From Roseateles microcysteis (GTDB lineage Bacteria; Pseudomonadota; Gammaproteobacteria; Burkholderiales; Burkholderiaceae_C): DNA of 32,000 bases. The translations under genes were made by a program, and so were the position numbers. This document shows positions 24,640 through 30,964 of this stretch, in pieces (within the stretch, counting starts at the first letter, position 1; each line of letters starts with the position of its first letter). Below the pieces are notes generated by a model, which did no database searches, was not told the origin of the DNA, and saw only the letters and a list, made by a program, of their open reading frames with translations. Location: contig NZ_JBAJMV010000002.1 of NCBI RefSeq assembly GCF_036880965.1, forward strand, positions 191,707 to 223,706, in the 5' to 3' direction.

Positions 24640-25235
24640 GCGTAGTCGGTGCCGGCCGTGCTGTTCACGTCCGCGAGGATTTGCCCGAAGTAGTTGCGGG
24701 TTTCGCGTGGCGCCGCCTCCAGGCCCTTGCGCGACACATTGCCCATTCCCCAGTTGTAGGCGGCCAGCGCTTCCGACCAATTGCCGAAGCGGTTGAACAG
24801 GCTTCGCAGGTAGCGCGCAGCGGCCGGGATTGCCTGGGCCGGGTTCAGCGGGTCGATGCCCATATCCCGCGCCGTGGCGGGCATGAACTGGGCGATTCCC
24901 AGCGCGCCGGCAGGGCTGCGCGTGGCGCCGCTGATGATGTCTTCTCTGTACCGGCTCTCTTGGTACAGCAGGCGCTCGAGCATCAGCGCCGGCAGGCCGT
25001 TGTCCTGCTCGGCCTGCGCGATCAAGCCTGCGTAGCGTTCAGGCGCCCGCCAGAGCTGCAAAAGGTTCACCGTCTTGCTCACAATCGTGTCTCCCACATC
25101 TGCGGCCGACTCAAGCCAGCCGCCACCATCTGCCGGCGCCGCATCCGGCGCCGCCTCTTCTTGTCGCTGCCGGTACATGACCCACGCGCCCACGGCCAGC
25201 AGGCCGGCAGCACCGATCAGTACAGAGCCGCGCAC
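24636..25235 (-). CDS. Membrane-anchored lytic transglycosylase (SLT domain)
   Basis: GTG start and an N-terminal TM. Catalytic and structural motifs LLYQESRY, GALGIAQFMPATA and AAYNWGMGNV. Confidence 0.85.
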   Translation of the reverse strand: MRGSVLIGAAGLLAVGAWVMYRQRQEEAAPDAAPADGGGWLESAADVGDTIVSKTVNLLQLWRAPERYAGLIAQAEQDNGLPALMLERLLYQESRYREDIISGATRSPAGALGIAQFMPATARDMGIDPLNPAQAIPAAARYLRSLFNRFGNWSEALAAYNWGMGNVSRKGLEAAPRETRNYFGQILADVNSTAGTDYA

Positions 25236-25238
25236 CCG

Positions 25239-25574
25239 TCAGCCCCCTCGCCGCGTGCGCGCAGCCTTGGCGGCCGTTTCCTTGCCCTCCAGATAGGCCA
25301 CGTCGGCGCCGACCTTCTTTGCGATGGCGATAAACACCTCGCGAGCCGTGCGGCTCATGCCGGTGTCTCGGTCGATCTGTTCTAGCTCGACGCTCGCCGC
25401 CTCGGCATCGCTGGGAGGAACCGCAGCGACTGCAACGAAGGCCGCACCGTCCCAGCGCTTGCCGATAGGTGCCGCGCCTGGTGCGAGTTCGATCATGGTC
25501 GGGCTGTCCACCTTGCCGCCCAATTCAGACACGCCAACGCAGATGCCGGCGCCGTTGATCTGTGCGTATCGCAT
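25239..25574 (-). CDS. Hypothetical protein (111 aa)
   Basis: ORF coupled to both neighbours (1-nt and 3-nt junctions). No recognisable motif. Confidence 0.5.
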   Translation of the reverse strand: MRYAQINGAGICVGVSELGGKVDSPTMIELAPGAAPIGKRWDGAAFVAVAAVPPSDAEAASVELEQIDRDTGMSRTAREVFIAIAKKVGADVAYLEGKETAAKAARTRRGG

Positions 25575-25915
25575 CAGTTGCTCTCCTGGATCTGCCAGCG
25601 CACAACCATTCGCTTGTACGTGTTCAAGGTGCCCGAGAAAATCCGCATCGTCGTGGCGTTCACAAAGTAGGCCTTCGGCAGGCTGGCGCTTGTGTTGAAT
25701 CGGCCCACGCGGCCCGCTGTGTTTGCTGTCGTTGTGGCTGACGCATCGTCACCCACCACACCATTCAAAAGAATCACCGCCTTGGCCGTATTGACGGCCG
25801 CGACTGTCACGTCGATGTAATGGCCCTCAGGTTCAGTTCCTGCGGTCAACCCCGCCTGGTCAACGTCCACCAGGCCAGATTGCACCTTGAAGCCGCTGCT
25901 TGCACCAATGCCCAT
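25574..25915 (-). CDS. Beta-rich hypothetical structural protein (113 aa), vertex/spike candidate
   Basis: Alternating hydrophobic pattern typical of beta-sandwich proteins. Lies within the structural operon. Confidence 0.5.
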   Translation of the reverse strand: MGIGASSGFKVQSGLVDVDQAGLTAGTEPEGHYIDVTVAAVNTAKAVILLNGVVGDDASATTTANTAGRVGRFNTSASLPKAYFVNATTMRIFSGTLNTYKRMVVRWQIQESN

Positions 25916-25918
25916 GCG

Positions 25919-26500
25919 TCAGCCCTCCAGCACGGCAACGGCCGTCGTTGCGCCGCTGCCGATCACATTGATTTGCCCCGTAGGCGCTCGGCCCTGGATC
26001 TCCAGGGATTGACCGGGCGGGAGCTTCACGCCGTTCGCCACGGTCGCGGCCGTGCCGTCCAGGCGCAGATAGATGGTCACGCCCGCATCGTTGTTCTGGA
26101 TCAGCAGATAGCGGCGGTTCGCATTGGCCGCCAGCAGCTGGCCGGATGCGCCGGTCACGTTGCCCAGCGTCTGACTGAAGCCGCCGTTCTCGTTTTTCAC
26201 GGTCACGGTGCCGGTGATGTTCACGGCGCCAACTGCGCGGTCGTAGCTGACCTGGCCGCCCATGCGCGTGACGATGGAGACCACGCCGCCCGCCACGCTG
26301 GTGATTCGCACGCGATCAAACTTCAGCGACTCGCTGTACCCGGCGCCGACGTTTTGCACGTCGGCGACTTCGCGGCCCTGAAAGTAGAACTTGAGCGCCA
26401 CATCCTCGGCCGCGCTGGACAGGACCCGCAGGAAGTCACCGGCCTCGTTTATTTCCTTGGCGCCAGCGGCGCCGGCCCCCATGTTCTCGTTGAAGTACAT
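25919..26500 (-). CDS. Beta-rich hypothetical structural protein (193 aa), spike/receptor-binding candidate
   Basis: Gly/Val/Thr-rich beta-strand pattern (VNITGTVTVKNENGG, YLLIQNNDAGVTIYLRLDG). Lies within the structural operon. Confidence 0.5.
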   Translation of the reverse strand: MYFNENMGAGAAGAKEINEAGDFLRVLSSAAEDVALKFYFQGREVADVQNVGAGYSESLKFDRVRITSVAGGVVSIVTRMGGQVSYDRAVGAVNITGTVTVKNENGGFSQTLGNVTGASGQLLAANANRRYLLIQNNDAGVTIYLRLDGTAATVANGVKLPPGQSLEIQGRAPTGQINVIGSGATTAVAVLEG

Positions 26501-26509
26501 CGCGTGCCT

Positions 26510-27268
26510 TTACTTCTTCCAGGCCATGAGCGCGAAGGCCGCAGCCGCCGCCAGGCCCAGGATGGTGATGGTCTTGTTATCGAGGCTGCCGCTCTTCTCG
26601 GTGGTCGCGCTGCGGTAAGCCTCGGTGGTCAAGGCGCCGACGTTCTCAACGGCCTTTATGTTGCTGTCGAACATGGATTTACCCAGCGATAGCAACTGCG
26701 AGAAGCCGGCTCCGACCGTGGCGTTTGACTTCTCTGCAAACGCAAAGGCTTTGTCCTGCGATTCGCGCTGGGCGTCAGCCAGTTCGCTCGCCGACGAACG
26801 AGCGAACCCGAGCGCGTCTTTGTTGGCCGTGGCAGCAAAGCCGAAGGCTTCAGAGCCGAAGCTAAACGCCCGGTCCGTGGTCTTGGTGTTGGCCGTGATC
26901 GCGGTTTCCATGGCGCGCAGCGCGCCAGGGTCGAACTGGTTGACCGATCGGTTGCTGTTGTCGGTGTACTTGACCGACGAATCCGAAGACGACGACGACG
27001 AGCGGTTGCTGCTGTCGTTAACCGTCAAGTCCATCATGGTTGACAGGTTGCGGCTGTCGTTCACGTTGACCGATTGGTCCCGCGTGTCGGTGATGGCAAT
27101 GGAGCTGCCGCCCGTGGCGCCCAGGCTTCCATCCCCCAGCACCAGGCGGTTATCCAGCGCCGTGCTGGTGTTTTGGGTGGATGACGAAGAGTTCGTCCCG
27201 CCCGAGTCGCCTCCGAAGCTCAGCCGGAAGGCCAGCGCCGGTATGAAGAATTTGAACAGTGCTTTCAT
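26510..27268 (-). CDS. Ser/Asn/Thr-rich membrane-associated protein (252 aa)
   Basis: N-terminal signal-like MKALFKFFIPALAFRLSFGG, low-complexity SSNRSSSSSSDSS region and a C-terminal TM ITILGLAAAAAFALMAWKK. ATGA overlap with the upstream gene. Confidence 0.55.
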   Translation of the reverse strand: MKALFKFFIPALAFRLSFGGDSGGTNSSSSTQNTSTALDNRLVLGDGSLGATGGSSIAITDTRDQSVNVNDSRNLSTMMDLTVNDSSNRSSSSSSDSSVKYTDNSNRSVNQFDPGALRAMETAITANTKTTDRAFSFGSEAFGFAATANKDALGFARSSASELADAQRESQDKAFAFAEKSNATVGAGFSQLLSLGKSMFDSNIKAVENVGALTTEAYRSATTEKSGSLDNKTITILGLAAAAAFALMAWKK

Positions 27269-27660
27269 GCGATCTGCTTTTCCAGAATGAACCCACGGCC
27301 GACGCTGCCGGCGATGCTGTATCCCAGGGCTAACGCCTTATGAACGAGCCCGCGCCTCATGGTCTGAAACGCAACGCTTGCGCAGCCCACGGCCCGCGCT
27401 TGCGCCTCAATGACGGACAAGCCCGCCTCGGTCATGCCCTGGCCGGTGCCGGCTGCCGCGTGTATCCAGCAACGGCCCGCCGCCCTGGCGCTCAGCGTGT
27501 AGATGCACGCGCCGGAATCTGTCTCGACCTTGAAGGACTCACCCGCGAGCGCCGCACTCATTGGCGTGGCCCTGCCCTGCGGGTCCAGGCCTGCGCAAGC
27601 CTTGAAGGCTTCCGCCGCCTGTTCCACGCTGGCTCTGGTCAGCGCCGCACGATGGCCCAT
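27265..27660 (-). CDS. Hypothetical protein with a possible GNAT-like acetyltransferase core
   Basis: CWIHAAAGTGQGMTEAGLSVIEAQARAVGCASVAFQTMRRGLVHKALALGYS resembles GNAT motif A/B (a Q/R-x-x-G-x-G/A-like loop, then helix-strand, then a GY/GF ending). Weak, by eye only. Confidence 0.4.
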   Translation of the reverse strand: MGHRAALTRASVEQAAEAFKACAGLDPQGRATPMSAALAGESFKVETDSGACIYTLSARAAGRCWIHAAAGTGQGMTEAGLSVIEAQARAVGCASVAFQTMRRGLVHKALALGYSIAGSVGRGFILEKQIA

Positions 27661-27950
27661 ACCGCCACCAGAGCCAGGCCCATCAAGGCCATGGTTTGCC
27701 AGTCGCCGCCCAGGCCCAGGCCCGAGGCCATGCCGTCCGCGCTGATCGGGTTGCTTTCGGTCTTGGTCTTTGTCGACGTGCTGTCGATGGTCCCGCCGCC
27801 GAAATTGACATTCCAGCCCGAGTGATCGGCCTCGAAGTCGTAGGTTCCCGTCAGGTGCGATTCGGAAGGCCCGGTAGGTGGCGTCGTGAGCGCCTTGCCG
27901 AGCACTTGGGTGCCGCCGTTGATGAGGGCGCCCATGGTCATCGGGTCCAT
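27639..27950 (-). CDS. Small virion-membrane protein candidate (103 aa)
   Basis: RBS AAGGA 5 nt upstream of the ATG. C-terminal TM WQTMALMGLALVAVWAIVRR. Confidence 0.55.
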   Translation of the reverse strand: MDPMTMGALINGGTQVLGKALTTPPTGPSESHLTGTYDFEADHSGWNVNFGGGTIDSTSTKTKTESNPISADGMASGLGLGGDWQTMALMGLALVAVWAIVRR

Positions 27951-27959
27951 GGGGGTCCT

Positions 27960-28229
27960 TTATCGCTTGGCGAGCAGCAGCACAAGCACAAGGCCCGCGC
28001 CGCCAATCAACAGCATCGTTTTCGGGTTCATGCCCGCCACGGTGCCCTGAGGCACTCCATTGCGCTGACCTTCCGCGTAATAGCTGCCCGTCTGGCCCAG
28101 GGCCTTGAGGCGCATTTGCTCAGTCTCGTAGGGCTGGACCCACTTTGCCTCGACCGCCTTGCTGATGGCGTTCCCGGCAATGTTCTGGACCCAATCGGAC
28201 CACGAGCCGGAGGTGTTTTCTCCGTCCAT
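27960..28229 (-). CDS. Small virion-membrane protein candidate (89 aa)
   Basis: C-terminal TM MLLIGGAGLVLVLLLAKR. Immediately downstream of the capsid candidate. Confidence 0.55.
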   Translation of the reverse strand: MDGENTSGSWSDWVQNIAGNAISKAVEAKWVQPYETEQMRLKALGQTGSYYAEGQRNGVPQGTVAGMNPKTMLLIGGAGLVLVLLLAKR

Positions 28230-28241
28230 GTGGTCCGTCCC

Positions 28242-29072
28242 TTACAGGTTGCCCAGCACGTCGATGTATTCGACGATCACGCTGCCGGTGTCGGCCGCGC
28301 TGAAGTCGAACAGCCATTCCAGGCTGCGCGCATCGCGGGTGTCCAGCGCCTTGCGCACGTCGCCGTCAACCACGAAGTCAATCGTGTAGACGTTGGCCTG
28401 CGGAACGCGCTTCTGGCGAGTCTGCTCCTGCTGGTTCTCAGCGGCGATGCTCTCATGCACAACGAGGCCGTCTTGCTTGACGGTCGCACCGGTCATGTTG
28501 CCGCCGTGGAACACGTGAACCCGCTTGATGATGGCGCCGTTTTGCGGGCCAAAGGGAACCGTGATCGGCAGCTTGCCGCCCGAGCTGATGTTGTACGGGT
28601 ACTTGAGGATTTTCGCCAGCAGCGGTGCGAAGGGCTGGTACTCGCCGCCCTGCGACTTCTGAGCTGCGGCCTCGGTCACGATGGGCGTGAGGATCGGGGC
28701 CGTAGCGCCCGCGATGCTCACTTCCGTGGTGATGTTGGCGATACCGATTGAGGTATCGAAGGCCGAGACCATCCGGTCAAACTCATTGTTCAGCGAGTAG
28801 TCGGCGAACGGAATGTCCAGATAGGCCGCGTTCGCAGCATCGCCGCGATAGGCGTTGATCTTGTCCAGCTCGGTGCCCGTGCCTTCGATGATGACCTTGC
28901 CGTTGGCCTTGATCTTGATGGCCGTGAGCATGGCTTTCGTCAGCGCAGTGCCGGCGAGCTTCAGCTTGAAGTTTTCCAGCGTGCGGCCGGGGGTGATGTT
29001 GTTGGTTGCGGTGCCAGTGGCGACCACATTTGCGAACGGCAGGCCGTAGCGGGTGAGTTTTCCGACGCTCAT
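28242..29072 (-). CDS. Candidate major capsid protein (PM2 P2-like double jelly-roll size class)
   Basis: 276 aa, beta-strand-rich throughout, with no TM. It is the largest soluble protein of the operon. It lies between the packaging ATPase and a run of small membrane proteins, as in corticovirus-like genomes. The fold cannot be confirmed from sequence by eye. Confidence 0.5.
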   Translation of the reverse strand: MSVGKLTRYGLPFANVVATGTATNNITPGRTLENFKLKLAGTALTKAMLTAIKIKANGKVIIEGTGTELDKINAYRGDAANAAYLDIPFADYSLNNEFDRMVSAFDTSIGIANITTEVSIAGATAPILTPIVTEAAAQKSQGGEYQPFAPLLAKILKYPYNISSGGKLPITVPFGPQNGAIIKRVHVFHGGNMTGATVKQDGLVVHESIAAENQQEQTRQKRVPQANVYTIDFVVDGDVRKALDTRDARSLEWLFDFSAADTGSVIVEYIDVLGNL

Positions 29073-29086
29073 GCTTCAGCCCTCAC

Positions 29087-29266
29087 TCAAACCACGTCTT
29101 TGACGTAGGGAACACGCTTGGCGACCGCGCCAGCAGCCACGGCCAGGGCCGCAGCCTTGACCATCGGATTGCCGTACTTGTAGGCCGCAAACAGGATGCC
29201 GCCAGCAATGGCGAGCTTCTTCAGCGATTCGGAGTCCACGTTGATTTCCTTTGAACAGTTGCACAT
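29087..29266 (-). CDS. Small membrane protein (59 aa from ATG 29266, or 50 aa from GTG 29239)
   Basis: ...VDSESLKKLAIAGGILFAAYKYGNPMVKAAALAVAAGAVAKRVPYVKDVV. AAGGAA lies 6 nt before the GTG. This replaces the implausible Arg/Cys-rich track ORF 29076..29318 in another frame. Confidence 0.45.
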   Translation of the reverse strand: MCNCSKEINVDSESLKKLAIAGGILFAAYKYGNPMVKAAALAVAAGAVAKRVPYVKDVV

Positions 29267-29320
29267 ACAGGGTTGGCCGCATCGGTTGCCCCGGTGCTGG
29301 CGTCTTGCAAGGCCTCATTC

Positions 29321-29353
29321 AAAGGAAAACGAGAACCGGGCACGAGGCCCGGT
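29321..29353 (-). terminator. Rho-independent terminator after the ATPase gene (boundary between early and structural units)
   Basis: The minus strand reads ACCGGGC-CUCGU-GCCCGGU followed by UCUCGUUUUCCUUU, 34 nt downstream of the ATPase stop. Confidence 0.6.
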
Positions 29354-29386
29354 ATCTCTTCCCGTTACCGTATGGCTCGGGCGCCG

Positions 29387-29998
29387 TCAGAAGCTCAGTT
29401 TTCCGCGCTGAATGCCTCCCGTAAGGGCATCCATGTGGACGAACTGCAACGGGGCCAGTCCGTTGATTTCCTCTATGGCTATCCGGGTCTTGCGCGCCAG
29501 GTAGGCCGCGTCGTCGCCGCTCGACTGCCGGAAGACCACGTAGTCCGAGGCATTGCCAAACGCGGTCTTGTCGGCCTCGCTCCAGCGCTGCGAGATGCAG
29601 CGCAGGGTGATGCCGCGCTTGAGGCCCCGGCGCACCAGAATGCCCCAGTTCCCCGGCGCCTTGCTTGGCGTGGTCACGTCGGCCAGCTCTTCCGCGATGG
29701 CCTCAAGCGGCTCGACATAGCGGCCCGCGTACATGACGCACCCGGCCCAGAAGTCAAACTCACCCGCCAGGCTTCCGCCCGCCACGTAGGCCACGCGCTG
29801 CGCGCCTGGCTTCTGTGCCGCTTCGAGCAGTTGTTTTCGTGTCGTGACCTTGCGCCAGCCTGGCAGCTCGCACCATTGGGCCTCAGGGTCCCACGCGAAG
29901 ATTCGCCGCGCCTTCTTGACCTGGCGGGCGGTCCATGCGGTCTTGCCGGAGCGCGAGGCCCCGGCGATCACGTACAGGCGGCCGTCCTGTGTCTTCAT
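29387..29998 (-). CDS. Genome-packaging ATPase candidate (FtsK/HerA-like, PM2 P9 / PRD1 P9 class)
   Basis: 203 aa from the ATG at 29998 (ATGA overlap with the upstream stop). Walker A YVIAGASRSGKT, Walker B-like LEAIAEELAD and no TM. The track ORF's 74-aa Gly/Arg-rich extension is rejected. Confidence 0.65.
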   Translation of the reverse strand: MKTQDGRLYVIAGASRSGKTAWTARQVKKARRIFAWDPEAQWCELPGWRKVTTRKQLLEAAQKPGAQRVAYVAGGSLAGEFDFWAGCVMYAGRYVEPLEAIAEELADVTTPSKAPGNWGILVRRGLKRGITLRCISQRWSEADKTAFGNASDYVVFRQSSGDDAAYLARKTRIAIEEINGLAPLQFVHMDALTGGIQRGKLSF

Positions 29999-30474
29999 GC
30001 CTCGACGGTCCCGATTACGACGGACTTTGAGCCCTGCGCCACCGGTGGCGGTGCCTCCAGCGCCTGCGCCGGCTTGGGCTTGTTCAGCACCTGCACGGCC
30101 ACGAACCCGCCCAGCGGAAGCAATGCCATCGTCAGGCGGCCCCATGGGGTGCGCATCCAGTCCACTGACGTGCCGTAGTGGTCCATGATGACCGCGATCC
30201 CCTCGGGGATGGGCTCCCAATAGTCGTCTGGCGCCTCGCGCAGCGCCGGCAGCGCCACCGTCGCCAGCGGTCGCAGTTGCTTGATGAGGACCTTTGCCGC
30301 TGCCAGGGCCTGCGGGCTTGGGGGTGGAAGCGGCGCATCTTCTGCCTGGCCCTGGGCCGGCACTGCCGCACCCGTTACCGTAGCTGTAGCGCCATCGGCC
30401 GCCGCTTGCAGCGCGGCCAGGTCGGCGGCCTGCTCGACGGCTGGCCCCTTGTCGTTCTCGGTGTCTTGGTTCAT
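29995..30474 (-). CDS. Hypothetical protein (159 aa), Ala/Pro-rich N-terminus and one TM
   Basis: Coupled by ATGA overlaps at both ends. TM LTMALLPLGGFVAVQVL. Confidence 0.5.
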   Translation of the reverse strand: MNQDTENDKGPAVEQAADLAALQAAADGATATVTGAAVPAQGQAEDAPLPPPSPQALAAAKVLIKQLRPLATVALPALREAPDDYWEPIPEGIAVIMDHYGTSVDWMRTPWGRLTMALLPLGGFVAVQVLNKPKPAQALEAPPPVAQGSKSVVIGTVEA

Positions 30475-30782
30475 GTCTTCAGGAATGCAAAGGGGTCATA
30501 GGGGGCCGGTGCCGCAGGCTTGACCGGGGCCGGCTTGGGCGCTGGCTGCTGTACCGGTGCCGGTGCCGTTACCGTAGGTGCCGCCGCTTTTCCAGCGGCC
30601 CAGGGATAGCGGGCCAGGAACGCGGCCACGCGGTGTTTCTTGCCGCCTATGCGCATCTGCTGATCGCAGTTCGCTTCGCAGTAGCCGAAGGGCTCTCCGT
30701 TGCGGTCATGCGTGATGCGCATTCCTTTGGCGGTGCCGCAGGTTGGGCAGTCGATGTGCCCGAGGATTTCCCGCGTCTTCAC
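30471..30782 (-). CDS. Zinc-ribbon protein (CPxC...CxxxC) with a Pro/Ala-rich tail; possible transcription factor
   Basis: GTG start overlapping the upstream stop (GTGA). HIDCPTCGTAKGMRITHDRNGEPFGYCEANCDQQ supplies four Cys ligands. Confidence 0.55.
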   Translation of the reverse strand: MKTREILGHIDCPTCGTAKGMRITHDRNGEPFGYCEANCDQQMRIGGKKHRVAAFLARYPWAAGKAAAPTVTAPAPVQQPAPKPAPVKPAAPAPYDPFAFLKT

Positions 30783-30964
30783 AGCGGGGCGTGTTCCAGT
30801 TGGGCCGGCTTGAGCCAGGGTTGCGCGTCGATGGACTCGCCATCGACCACGCCGGCAATGTGAACCTGCACCGACGACGGGCGCACGTCCACGACGGTGC
30901 CCACCAATCCTTGGTACTTGCCTGATCGGACCTTGACGGCTTCATGGGGGCGGAATTTCTGCAT
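30779..30964 (-). CDS. Small KOW/SH3-like hypothetical protein (61 aa)
   Basis: MQKFRPHEAVKVRSGKYQGLVGTVVDV resembles a KOW-type motif. Overlaps the 3' end of rep by 23 nt. Confidence 0.45.
   Translation of the reverse strand: MQKFRPHEAVKVRSGKYQGLVGTVVDVRPSSVQVHIAGVVDGESIDAQPWLKPAQLEHAPL

Noticed and set aside
29076-29318. Track ORF of 80 aa (MRPCKTPAPGQPMRP...) between the capsid and ATPase genes
   Set aside because: It is Arg/Cys/Gly-rich and implausible. Another frame on the same strand encodes a typical small TM protein with an RBS (29087-29266).
15778-30178. Antisense ORFs within the prophages (15778..16629 -, 17051..17881 -, 18255..18749 -, 19589..20182 -, 25820..26692 +, 27696..28751 +, 29273..30178 +, 30897..31490 +)
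   Set aside because: They overlap better-supported genes that have RBSs, coupling junctions and recognisable motifs, and their composition is Arg/Gly/Ala-biased.
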